55,853 nucleotides of DNA from Candidatus Aphodosoma intestinipullorum (GCA_017694515.1 JADIMV010000083.1:1-55853), one strand, 5' to 3'; shown: positions 11,501-19,598, numbered from the stretch's first letter. A program made the numbers and translations. The notes: generated by a model not told the origin, from the sequence alone.

Positions 11501-14210
11501 CTTCGAGGAAGAAGACTATTGGGGCGACTGGACGAGATACTCTCTCCCGGAGTGCTTCACTAACGGGCACAAGGATATAGCTCTCCCCATAACTGATGGG
11601 AATACTGCTCCGAGCTTGCCCTATGTATATCAGGGAGGTGCGCACACCGGCAGCTGGTCGCTCTATTTTGGTAAGGCTGATGGCGCATACATCGTCATGC
11701 CGGACATCGAGGGTGACATGAGCAACCTCCAGCTTACCTTCTGGATGCGCTGCTTCAAGGTAGACGGTCAGACAGGAAGGGTCTATAATGAAGTTCACCA
11801 CCCGCTGAAGAGCGACAGGGCAAACGCGCTGCGCATAGGTACTGTCACCGACATGCACGACATCTCCACATTCGAGGAGATTCGCCTCTGTGACTATCCC
11901 TATGACATGGTCTACATCGACTGGAACGTAACCATGGACACCGACCCGAACGCTCTCGAATACTGGGTGAAGTTCAACGTACCGCTCTCCGGTGCGAAAG
12001 GAAAATACATCACATTCCTCAGCGATGACTTCGTGGAGCCTTACCAGAACGTCTATATAGACGACGTGAAGATAGAGGCTCTGAACACTAAAGCCGCTCC
12101 GTATGAGTTGACGGTTAACGGTATACAGCCGACTTCGGCTCACGTTGACCTCAAGAGCGATGTCGGCAGCGCATGGACACTGGAAGTGGCCTCCGACAGG
12201 TCATTCTCCGAAGACTTGCAGACGGTTGACGCCACCCCCGCCGGAGCTGACCTGACAGGCCTTAGGCCCGGAACTGTCTACTACGTGCGCGCTAAGCAGA
12301 AAGGCGTTGACGGTGCGGAATATTCACACGTTGCATATTTCACTACCGCATACACCGTAAGCTTCAACGAGAACTTTGACGTGGCTCAGGCTATACCGCG
12401 TGACTGGATGACTATGAAAGGCGGTGTAACGCCGGACATGCTGTTCGATGGCTCGGGCAGGATAACCAGTAGTAGTGACGGCTTCGGCTGGAATGCTGGT
12501 AATGACACCATACTGTCGCACATGAGGGCATTGCATTTTAATATGACCGATGACGATATGCAGTCCATCTGGCTTGTCACTCCGCCCATATCGATAACCA
12601 CCGAGGGCGACCGTGCGCAGATGATGTTCGATTTCGGCATGACACAGGGACAGTCTTATGAAATGCCGGCCACGGACAGGGTTGACAACTCAAAGAACAA
12701 GTTCGCAATACTCATCTCTGACGACGGTGGCTCCACTTGGAAGAAAGAGAACTCTACCATCTGGACCAACGATCCGGAAGAACTGGCAGAGGGCGGCATC
12801 TATAAGTCCTTCAAGTCTCTGCCGCAAGGACTCTTCCACGGGATGACCTATGACCTCTCCAAGTTCAGGGGCAAGACCGTACAGATAGCCTTCTACAACT
12901 TCTCTGACGAGAACGCTTGCCTGACGTTCCATTTTGACGACATACACGTCAACAACGTCAAGGACATGCACATAGTCGACGACATCTGCGAGTTCGACGA
13001 CTATCACATGCACGGCTTCGACCTCCTCGACACCGAGTTGGACGAGGGGCTGAACTCATTCTCCCGTGAGGTATACACCACCACGGAAAAGCCCGACACC
13101 ATGTTCTCTCTCGACCTGACCATGAACAGGCTGGCCATAGAGAGCTACGATGCCCGCGTCTGCGAGAACGAGTTGCCCTACACCGACGACAACGGCTTCA
13201 GCCTCACGGAGGGCGGCACGGCGCGCCGTAAGGTGATGCAGGATGGATGCTATGTCATCAAGGAAGTACGCCTCACGGTTGACCCGATAAGGCGTGAGAT
13301 GTTCTTCGACACCATCTGTCAGGGAGCGGAGATTATATGGAACGGCATGAAGCTCGACCGTACCGGCACAACGGAGTTCAAGACCACATCCACCGTGACT
13401 GGCTGTGACTCCATCGCCGTGATGAACCTCAGGGTAACCGGCGCACTCCAGGGTGCTGACACCGTGACTATATGCCACGGCGAGACGTACAACTTCGGAA
13501 AGTTCGGCGATATAGCCGTCAGCGGCGACTATCTCGACACATTCCAGACCGGCGGATGTGACTCTGTCGTACAGCTCCACCTCATTGTACGCCCGCAGCT
13601 TGACACTATCATCAACGCCATAATCTGCCCGGGCGAACGCTACACGGAGAACGACTATGACCTCAACCGCACTGGCACATATTCCAAGACTGTGCCGTCA
13701 CCGGTTGGCGATTGCGACTCCACCGTGACGCTTAACCTCGTGGAGATTGTGCCGGACGACATTGTCGAGTTCGAGACCACGATAAAGGAGACCGACCTCC
13801 CGTTCACCTTCTTCACCAAGACATTCGACACGAGCTACAAGCCCGGCTCATACACCGAGGATGTCGAGGTATCGAAGGACGGTTGCAGCGGCACCATAAG
13901 ACTCACGCTTATCATCGAGGAAGGCGTGAAGCCGTATGTGCCGATGACCGAGGCCGACAACCGCGAGATGTATATCACGCCTAATCCGGTGAAGGTGGGC
14001 AGCGAGGTTACGCTGGACATAGACCTTACGGACGAGGAGCGTGAGGGCATGACTGTCAATGTCTACAACGCTGCTGGTGCGCTTGTGAAGAGCATGACGC
14101 CGGGTGCGGGTGACATTAAGGTCAACTGCTACTTCTCTCCGGGCATTTATGTCGTAAGGCTGACGACGGGTACGGGTCTGAACTATCAGGGCAAGATTAT
14201 CGTACAGTAA
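5550..14210 (+). CDS. Giant (2886 aa) T9SS-sorted surface or adhesin-like protein with alternating jelly-roll (choice-of-anchor-J/MAM-like) and FN3 modules
   Basis: Uninterrupted 8.6-kb ORF. Signal peptide MKRPSLLKVLLLAMLLPVSLVSWGQ. N-module ESFGDGIPEDWTQEHVVG...VIDNVIVMP. Eight FN3-like ends (e.g. TYYFYVQAECP..WSEEFSFRT, YYVWVRPVCGEG..WTAPIEFKS). Five C-terminal GCDS-type repeats. T9SS CTD ITPNPVKVGSEV...GIYVVRLTTGTGLNYQGKIIVQ. Confidence 0.93.
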   Translation: MKRPSLLKVLLLAMLLPVSLVSWGQDASASILINESFGDGIPEDWTQEHVVGSLDWVLDTQSDFPDGTREGDGARIAFRNTTGQTQGWRTKLVTPVLDLSLNKITNPILIITHAQEKMTGDFDTLTIWFKTAADGDWKELKKFDSYISFWQTDTIPLQQPGAYYQLAFEGSDNYGHGVVIDNVIVMPNPACMQPHNVQIWDLSNTSAQIFWLAGNNANGYNVKIDTVPLSREQLNAGVKASVVDEHISGSTSLFSTDKLETNTTYYFYVQAECPLDNSAWSEEFSFRTAVLRTLPFRETFDTLVTGYISRNPRWTFMSETDFLPFNNTNSDTYDLSAYSPDATVALLLAGDDYPGPIEANKYAYVASPRLVVDDLSKVQVSFYASYKSYGQMTSPYMSKIYIGGMTNTQDYNTFVKVDSVEFYNANSQREFTVSFIGHPEVAECKYVAFMSDFDASNFMAIDDVNVWIPGKCPEPANVKAMAMSGTDLRVTWNRSGAPGGNVVVSQTEVTDFSSLPQGATKKALEAGKDTVDFTVEEWTEYYVYVQNVAADGTVSGWSEAEWLRMPQSRTSPVKNVPVLFDFEDEERYLIDGTVFSEPEMVAGIQGFRNIAGSMPCVERSGIPVEKSSKNEVRVNVYNYPGHSYTVFPAIDGLAQCRVVLWAYYTSGRDYGMFEVGIMDDANDIHSFVPVDTLVLTSSWERYSVDLDSYSGNGKFLAFKALYKGTPDGNTFGFDNVRIEEIPQCIEAVNVQITPGETTAEVTWDAMAAATAWEVKASAEKIDYSELETVDQGKFLPVEVTGNKALVSGLIPGLNTYYVWVRPVCGEGTYGDWTAPIEFKSLCKAKESLPYVLDFEGYPTMDPYWEEYKEMPIPCVYFGTVTNTNGYVISPNITAYRTKQGSRSMEFDGSADFNWIAMPEMNADINDLQVSFWFAKSSGGSGPAHVRVGVMTDPLDSTTFETVGIYTSEEGYGVWTEVICPFTDYQGTGKHIAIMAHKADDSPQFFVDTIAVDAKLPCIKVSHPEALDITANTATLSWEKGDKESEWYVIVSTRTFSSEELEQIYADSYSGDGVAFSGFVDQNPYQAKDLAADTYYYFYVRSVCDKAEGVYGDWATRTGEFRTKCDAAIPGETFYDFESSGGEGAVPSCWSGNGDLVVGGDDYYHYPEAHSGSMIASIGSYSGGYLHTINISCEDIDEVQVSFWASAKTNVTERIPLEVGVLFNPNDISSYVAVDTVWLYPEFQFYTVKFDNYAGDAYGNRGKYIMFSNRDLAGAAECYIDDVSIDLKPDCAPADVVIDSIGEAGVEVKFVGGKAPYNYVVSSENIDPTQFNPDLSDIKVTSETEHLIDGLTPLTEYFLYVSSACGDGGYLWSAPIRFTTACLSVWPLPYEENFNKYNQYETSTGGLFVKVPDCWTTVFNGSSRPDFTVFNGNNRADGNCLLANMGGTDGEKEYIVLPGVDKPIEECQVEFRMQDSWWSRTAQARIVVGVVEDISNQATIDSTFVGLDTITQRSDIFTPCKVKMDNYQGEGGNIAILVYLDGDQYVYDLYLDDIVIRHTPPCPMPFDPKVKVYDDESITIEFDNSDGGSEWEVKCGVKGFDPSTASAVKFSSSVYTVTGLQPETLYDIYIRTLCPDVAEMTESSWVMISGRTSAPAVKDEDYPLEDDMSENKDDWKPTESEEIEMVNQWYIADNKEIDGRTGTMMYISEDGGTTCSYNEDENSAVIHRVMKFDVGRYTLSFNYNVTGYEDWGDPADYLRIAMMPEAYTIGFDDYGDMYLYDEYGTDYDMGPYGDDLPEDFVDLGSYYLSGGWQEGNIHIDIAPGNEGIFKIVFMWIVDGWSYPDATSPSAAIMDFSADYSPCVEPKNVRCDAVGVTTAGLSWTPMAKEEYTTYDVYVTGTTDLQTPPAADAEDAGMVLHEEFADTAASIDVLKENTPYIAFVRLKCGEGDYSPWSAPSAVFRTDCGPTEVDRLYSFEESEGHELYFEEEDYWGDWTRYSLPECFTNGHKDIALPITDGNTAPSLPYVYQGGAHTGSWSLYFGKADGAYIVMPDIEGDMSNLQLTFWMRCFKVDGQTGRVYNEVHHPLKSDRANALRIGTVTDMHDISTFEEIRLCDYPYDMVYIDWNVTMDTDPNALEYWVKFNVPLSGAKGKYITFLSDDFVEPYQNVYIDDVKIEALNTKAAPYELTVNGIQPTSAHVDLKSDVGSAWTLEVASDRSFSEDLQTVDATPAGADLTGLRPGTVYYVRAKQKGVDGAEYSHVAYFTTAYTVSFNENFDVAQAIPRDWMTMKGGVTPDMLFDGSGRITSSSDGFGWNAGNDTILSHMRALHFNMTDDDMQSIWLVTPPISITTEGDRAQMMFDFGMTQGQSYEMPATDRVDNSKNKFAILISDDGGSTWKKENSTIWTNDPEELAEGGIYKSFKSLPQGLFHGMTYDLSKFRGKTVQIAFYNFSDENACLTFHFDDIHVNNVKDMHIVDDICEFDDYHMHGFDLLDTELDEGLNSFSREVYTTTEKPDTMFSLDLTMNRLAIESYDARVCENELPYTDDNGFSLTEGGTARRKVMQDGCYVIKEVRLTVDPIRREMFFDTICQGAEIIWNGMKLDRTGTTEFKTTSTVTGCDSIAVMNLRVTGALQGADTVTICHGETYNFGKFGDIAVSGDYLDTFQTGGCDSVVQLHLIVRPQLDTIINAIICPGERYTENDYDLNRTGTYSKTVPSPVGDCDSTVTLNLVEIVPDDIVEFETTIKETDLPFTFFTKTFDTSYKPGSYTEDVEVSKDGCSGTIRLTLIIEEGVKPYVPMTEADNREMYITPNPVKVGSEVTLDIDLTDEEREGMTVNVYNAAGALVKSMTPGAGDIKVNCYFSPGIYVVRLTTGTGLNYQGKIIVQ

Positions 14211-14322
14211 AGGCCGGGTAAAAGATGCCGTTCGTGCAATGGGAGGTGCGTAGGATGCCGCCTCCCTGCACGGGGGCTGACGGAAAAGAGACAGGTCTTT
14301 TCTAAATAAATATCAGAAGTGT

Positions 14323-14362
14323 GCGGGTGCGTTTCCGAGAGGGAAGCGCACCCGCTTTTTTT
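14323..14362 (+). terminator. Rho-independent terminator after the left G gene
   Basis: GC-rich hairpin gcgggtgcgtttcc-gaga-gggaagcgcacccgc followed by a T7 run. Confidence 0.75.
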
Positions 14363-14484
14363 CATGTGTCTGTCCTTTCAACTCCGTAGTTCCTTTGAGA
14401 CCTCTGCAAAGGCTCGTTTTTCCCCGTTGTATCTTCTTGTTATACAATGGAAAGTTTTAAGTTTTGCAGAGGTTTTCCTTTGTG

Positions 14485-14560
14485 TAAATCAAAGTTAAAA
14501 ACACGTACTCTCGCCGAAGCCTCAGGCCAGCCTCTCCGAAGCCTCTCCCTAACCTCAGGC
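14485..14560 (+). repeat. Dispersed intergenic element, copy A
   Basis: Identical 20-nt core GTTAAAAACACGTACTCTCG at 14494..14513. CCGAAGC heptads follow at 14514 and 14536, with a degenerate middle unit GGCCAGC at 14525. Spacing is 11 nt. Confidence 0.8.
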
Positions 14561-14626
14561 ATAGCCTGTGCCGTCCGCGTGGAAATCGCTATGGAAGAAA
14601 CCGTTGCGTTTGTCTCAAACTTTCGC

Positions 14627-14634
14627 TATCTTTG
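14627..14634 (+). promoter_or_regulatory. Bacteroidetes sigma-A -7 box (TATCTTTG) upstream of hutU
   Basis: Exact TAnnTTTG match about 100 nt upstream of the hutU ATG. Confidence 0.45.
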
Positions 14635-14733
14635 CGGTTGGTCTGTACGGTTGCGCGGCGGTGTGCCGGTACAGGTTGACGTAATAACGTCATTGTGTTG
14701 ATACTCAAAATAATAACTAAAATAATAACTACT

Positions 14734-16749
14734 ATGGAAGTTGATTTTCAGGCCGACATACGTGCCGGAATTCCAGACGTTTTGCCACCGGCAAAACCCT
14801 ATGACCCGGAGATAAACCACGCTCCGAAACGTAAAGACATACTGACCGAGGAGGAAAAAGAGCTGGCTCTGCGCAATGCGTTGCGCTATTTCCCGAAGAA
14901 ACACCATGCCGAACTCGCACCGGAGTTTGCCGAGGAGCTGCGCCGCTACGGCCGCATCTATATGTACCGTCTCCGTCCGGACTACGAGATGAAGGCGCGT
15001 CATATCGACGAATATCCCCACCGTTCGCGTCAGGCTGCGGCAATCATGATGATGATAACGAACAATCTGGACCGTGCTGTCGCTCAGCATCCGCATGAAC
15101 TCATAACATACGGCGGAAACGGTGCGGTGTTCCAGAACTGGGCGCAGTACCGCCTCACGATGAAATATCTCTCAGAGATGACCGATGAACAGACACTCGT
15201 GATGTACTCCGGCCATCCGCTGGGCCTCTTCCCGAGCCACAAGGACGCGCCGAGGGTGATTGTGACAAACGGCATGGTCATTCCGAACTATTCGAAGCCT
15301 GACGACTGGGAGCGTTTCAACGCTCTGGGCGTTTCGCAGTACGGACAGATGACCGCCGGGTCGTATATGTACATAGGGCCGCAGGGCATTGTGCACGGCA
15401 CAACCATCACCGTGATGAACGCCGCCCGCAAGCACCTCAAACCGGGCGAGAAGGACTATCGCGGACAGATATTCGTCTCTGCCGGCCTCGGCGGAATGTC
15501 GGGTGCACAGCCTAAGGCCGGGGTGATAGCCGGAGTGGTGAGTGTCATTGCTGAAATCAACCCGAAAGCCGTGCATACGCGCCATTCGCAGGGTTGGGTG
15601 GATGAGGTCTACACTGATCTCGACAAGCTCATGCCGCGCATCCGTGAAGCGTCGAAGAACAAGGAGGCCGTGTCGCTCGCATATCAGGGCAACGTGGTCG
15701 ACTTGTGGGAACGCCTTGTGAAAGAGGACATCTACGTGAACCTCGGCTCTGACCAGACTTCGCTTCACAACCCGTGGGCGGGCGGCTATTACCCCGTGGG
15801 CTACTCTTACGAGGAGTCCAACCGCCTCATGGCCGAAGAGCCGGCGCGTTTCAAGGAGCTTGTGCAGGAGTCGTTGCGCCGTCAGGTAGCTGCCATCAAT
15901 AAGCTGACTGCCAAGGGTATGTACTTCTTCGACTACGGCAATGCCTTCCTGCTCGAGGCATCGCGTGCGGGTGCTGACGTGATGGGCGAGAACGGCAAGT
16001 TCCGCTATCCGTCATACGTGCAGGACATCATGGGTCCCATGTTCTTCGACTACGGTTTCGGCCCTTTCCGCTGGGTATGCACGTCGTGCAAGCCTGAGGA
16101 TTTGGCTGTGACGGACCGCATCGCGACACGCGTGCTCGAGGAGATACGTCAGCACGCTCCCGCAGAGATATGCGGACAGCTGGACGACAACATCCACTGG
16201 ATTAAGGAGGCGCAGAAGAACAAGCTCGTGGTAGGCTCGCAGGCTCGCATACTCTATGCCGATGCCGAAGGGCGCATGAAGATAGCGAAGGCGTTCAACG
16301 ACGCTATCGCCGCAGGCGAAATCTCAGCCCCTGTGGTTCTCGGACGTGACCATCACGATGTCTCCGGCACTGACTCGCCTTACCGCGAGACATCCAACAT
16401 ATACGACGGCTCTTCGTTCACTGCCGACATGGCCGTGCAGAACGTCATCGGCGACTCGTTCCGTGGCGCGACATGGGTTTCCATACACAACGGCGGCGGT
16501 GTAGGATGGGGTGAAGTCATCAACGGCGGCTTCGGTATGGTCATCGACGGCTCTGCCGACTCGGAGCGTCATATCAACGAGATGCTCCTGTGGGATGTGA
16601 ACAACGGCATAGCCCGCCGCTCATGGGCGCGCAACGAGGGCGCGATGTTCGCCATTCGCCGCGAGATGGAGCGCACTCCGGGTCTCGTCGTGACGATGCC
16701 TAACATCGTGGAGGACGACACGATAATCAAAAACGCCCTTAAACACTGA
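14734..16749 (+). CDS. hutU: Urocanate hydratase
   Basis: Length and motifs match the family (GLGGMSGAQPKA, YPSYVQDIMGPMFFDYGFGPFRW). ATG at 14734 (MEVDFQADIRAG...) is preferred over the TTG at 14695. Confidence 0.95.
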   Translation: MEVDFQADIRAGIPDVLPPAKPYDPEINHAPKRKDILTEEEKELALRNALRYFPKKHHAELAPEFAEELRRYGRIYMYRLRPDYEMKARHIDEYPHRSRQAAAIMMMITNNLDRAVAQHPHELITYGGNGAVFQNWAQYRLTMKYLSEMTDEQTLVMYSGHPLGLFPSHKDAPRVIVTNGMVIPNYSKPDDWERFNALGVSQYGQMTAGSYMYIGPQGIVHGTTITVMNAARKHLKPGEKDYRGQIFVSAGLGGMSGAQPKAGVIAGVVSVIAEINPKAVHTRHSQGWVDEVYTDLDKLMPRIREASKNKEAVSLAYQGNVVDLWERLVKEDIYVNLGSDQTSLHNPWAGGYYPVGYSYEESNRLMAEEPARFKELVQESLRRQVAAINKLTAKGMYFFDYGNAFLLEASRAGADVMGENGKFRYPSYVQDIMGPMFFDYGFGPFRWVCTSCKPEDLAVTDRIATRVLEEIRQHAPAEICGQLDDNIHWIKEAQKNKLVVGSQARILYADAEGRMKIAKAFNDAIAAGEISAPVVLGRDHHDVSGTDSPYRETSNIYDGSSFTADMAVQNVIGDSFRGATWVSIHNGGGVGWGEVINGGFGMVIDGSADSERHINEMLLWDVNNGIARRSWARNEGAMFAIRREMERTPGLVVTMPNIVEDDTIIKNALKH

Positions 16750-16780
16750 TTTCTTAACTGACTAATAACATATTACGGCA

Positions 16781-18265
16781 ATGAAAATACATGAAATATC
16801 ACCCGCTCATCTTACGATAGATGACATAAGGCGCATAGTCCGCGAGGGCTATCAGTTGAAACTTTCCGAGGAGTCCGTACGCCGCATACAGGCGTGCCGC
16901 GACTATCTCGACAACAAGATGAAGACGCAGAAAGAGCCTATCTACGGTGTCACCACCGGGTTCGGCTCGCTGTGCAACATCTCTGTTGGGGCTGATGAAC
17001 TGTCACAGCTACAGAAGAATCTCGTTATGTCCCATGCTTGCGGCACAGGCGACGAGGTAGACCGCGAGATAGTCAAGATAATCATCTTCCTCAAGATACA
17101 GTCGCTCCAGTATGGAGTCTCTGGTGTGCAGGTTGCAACAGTACAGCGTCTTGTAGATATGTTCAACAACGATGTGCTGCCGGTCATCTATCAGCTCGGT
17201 TCGCTCGGCGCATCGGGCGACCTTGCTCCGCTGGCGCACATGTCGCTGCCGTTGCTCGGTCTCGGCGAGGTGTGGTTCGACGGCAAGAAGCGTCCCGCCG
17301 CTGAGGTGAACAGACACTTTGGTTGGGAACCTATCACACTGAAATCTAAAGAGGGTCTTGCCCTGCTCAACGGCACACAGTTCATGGCCGCTCACGCTGT
17401 CTGGGCTCTCATCAAGGCCGATGAGATAAGCCGCGCTGCCGATACAATCGGTGCTGTGTCTCTCGACGCTTTCGACGGACGCATTGAGCCGTTCACCCAT
17501 GAGGTACACGCCGTACGCCCCCATAAGGGTCAGATAGAGACGGCTGCCCGTATGCGTGAGCTCCTTGCCGGTAGTGAGATAATCAAACAGCACAAGGCTC
17601 ATGTGCAGGATCCCTATTCGTTCCGCTGCATACCGCAGGTACACGGCGCGTCGAAGGATGCGATTGCTTACGTGCGTTCCGTGATAGAGACCGAAATCAA
17701 CTCCGCTACGGATAACCCGACGGTCATCCCGGAGAAAGATATGGTCATCTCGGCTGGAAACTTCCACGGCCAGCCGCTTGCCATCACTATGGATTTCCTC
17801 TCAATCGCGCTTGCCGAACTCGGCTCTATATCGGGACAGCGCATTAACCAGCTCATCAGCGGAAAGCGCGGCCTGCCGAGTTTCCTCGTGGCAAAGCCGG
17901 GGCTGAACAGTGGCTTTATGATACCGCAGTACGCTGCGGCATCCATTGTCAGCCAGAGCAAGCAGCTTTGTATGCCCGCATCGGTTGACTCCATCGAGTC
18001 GAGCCAGGGTCAGGAAGACCATGTGTCTATGGGTGCAAACGCTGCGACAAAACTCTGCCGCGTGGCTCTCAACACGGAACGCATACTTGGCATAGAGCTG
18101 TTCAACGCCGCTCAGGCTCTCGAGTTCCGCCGCCCGATGAAGTCATCGCCTGTGATTGAAAAACTCGTGGCTGAATACCGTAAGGCAGTGCCGTTCGTCG
18201 ATGTCGATCAGGTGATGTATCCGCACATCGAGGAGAGCATACAGTTCATACGCCGTAATTTCTAA
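16781..18265 (+). CDS. hutH: Histidine ammonia-lyase
   Basis: MIO-forming Ala-Ser-Gly in GSLGASGDLAPLAHM. Typical ~500-aa length, directly downstream of hutU. Confidence 0.95.
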   Translation: MKIHEISPAHLTIDDIRRIVREGYQLKLSEESVRRIQACRDYLDNKMKTQKEPIYGVTTGFGSLCNISVGADELSQLQKNLVMSHACGTGDEVDREIVKIIIFLKIQSLQYGVSGVQVATVQRLVDMFNNDVLPVIYQLGSLGASGDLAPLAHMSLPLLGLGEVWFDGKKRPAAEVNRHFGWEPITLKSKEGLALLNGTQFMAAHAVWALIKADEISRAADTIGAVSLDAFDGRIEPFTHEVHAVRPHKGQIETAARMRELLAGSEIIKQHKAHVQDPYSFRCIPQVHGASKDAIAYVRSVIETEINSATDNPTVIPEKDMVISAGNFHGQPLAITMDFLSIALAELGSISGQRINQLISGKRGLPSFLVAKPGLNSGFMIPQYAAASIVSQSKQLCMPASVDSIESSQGQEDHVSMGANAATKLCRVALNTERILGIELFNAAQALEFRRPMKSSPVIEKLVAEYRKAVPFVDVDQVMYPHIEESIQFIRRNF

Positions 18266-18347
18266 ATCTATAAACCACAGAGCCTTGCCCTGTGCCTTTC
18301 CGCATTTGTGGAAGGGGTGGGCGAGGCTCTTTTATTCTATACTGAAT

Positions 18348-19598
18348 ATGTCTACACTGTTAATCAAGAATATCGGACAATTGGTACAGGCCGAGACCAC
18401 ACCTCGCCCGCGCGTCTGCGGCGAGGAGATGAGCTGTCTGCCCGTAGTGCATAATGCCTATCTGCTCTGTGAGGGCGACACGATAAAGGCTTTCGGCGAG
18501 ATGAGCGATGCTCCTGCCACGGCAGACACTGTTATCGATGCAAAAGGCCGCTTCGTGCTGCCGTCCTTTTGCGATTCGCATACCCACATAGTCTATGCCG
18601 GCAGCCGGGAGCATGAGTTCATCGACAAGATTAACGGCCTTTCGTACGAGGAAATCGCCCGCCGTGGTGGCGGCATACTCAATTCGGCCAAGCTGCTGCA
18701 CCAGACATCGGAGGATGAACTCTATCGTCAGGCTCTTGTACGTGTAAAGGAGATGATACATTTCGGGACTGGCGCGTGCGACATCAAGTCAGGCTATGGC
18801 TTGTCGACAGAGGATGAGCTGAAGATGCTCCGTGTCATTCGCCGCCTGAAAGAGACTACCCCTATGACCATACGCGCCAATTTTCTCGGCGCACATGCCG
18901 TCCCGGCGGAGTACAAGGGTCGTCAGAGCGAGTATGTAGACCTCATCTGTGAGGAGATGATACCTGCCGTAGCAGAGGAGAAACTGGCCGATTTCATCGA
19001 TGTTTTCTGCGATACTGGCTTCTTCACTGTCGATGAGACGGCGCGTATGCTTGAGACAGGTGCGAGGTACGGTCTTCGTCCGAAAATCCATGCCAACGAA
19101 CTCGGTGTGTCTGGTGGAGTGCAGGTAGGGGTGAAATACGGTGCGCTCTCCGTTGACCATCTGGAACGCACTACTGAGGCCGAAATCGAATGCTTGCGCC
19201 ACTCTGACACTATCCCGACAGGATTGCCCGGCACATCGTTCTTTCTCAATCTGCCTTTCACGCCCGTGAAAGAGATGATTGCGGCCGGACTGCCTGTAGC
19301 TCTCGCATCGGATTACAATCCCGGTTCGACTCCGTCAGGCAATATGAAGTTTGTCCTCTCGTTGGCCTGCATCAAGATGCGCCTCACACCCGCACAGGCT
19401 ATAAACGCCACTACGATAAACACCGCCGCTGCTCTCGGATTGAGCGGGTCGCACGGCTCGATTGCGGCAGGCAAGCGGGCGAACTTCTACATTACTAAAG
19501 ATATTCCGTCTGTCGATTTCATCCCGTATGCATATACCACGGACATTGTCGATACTGTGGTGCTAAATGGTGAAATCATAGAGCGTGGCGACTGTTGA
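18348..19598 (+). CDS. hutI: Imidazolonepropionase
   Basis: Amidohydrolase metal motif FCDSHTHIVYAGSREHEF. Start MSTLLIKNIGQL (ATG 18348) is preferred over the upstream TTG at 18285. Confidence 0.92.
   Translation: MSTLLIKNIGQLVQAETTPRPRVCGEEMSCLPVVHNAYLLCEGDTIKAFGEMSDAPATADTVIDAKGRFVLPSFCDSHTHIVYAGSREHEFIDKINGLSYEEIARRGGGILNSAKLLHQTSEDELYRQALVRVKEMIHFGTGACDIKSGYGLSTEDELKMLRVIRRLKETTPMTIRANFLGAHAVPAEYKGRQSEYVDLICEEMIPAVAEEKLADFIDVFCDTGFFTVDETARMLETGARYGLRPKIHANELGVSGGVQVGVKYGALSVDHLERTTEAEIECLRHSDTIPTGLPGTSFFLNLPFTPVKEMIAAGLPVALASDYNPGSTPSGNMKFVLSLACIKMRLTPAQAINATTINTAAALGLSGSHGSIAAGKRANFYITKDIPSVDFIPYAYTTDIVDTVVLNGEIIERGDC

Noticed and set aside
14447-14701. 84-aa ORF in the G-left/hutU intergenic region.
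   Set aside because: It is read straight through copy A of the dispersed repeat and the hutU -7 box. The same repeat elsewhere is not in a conserved reading frame.
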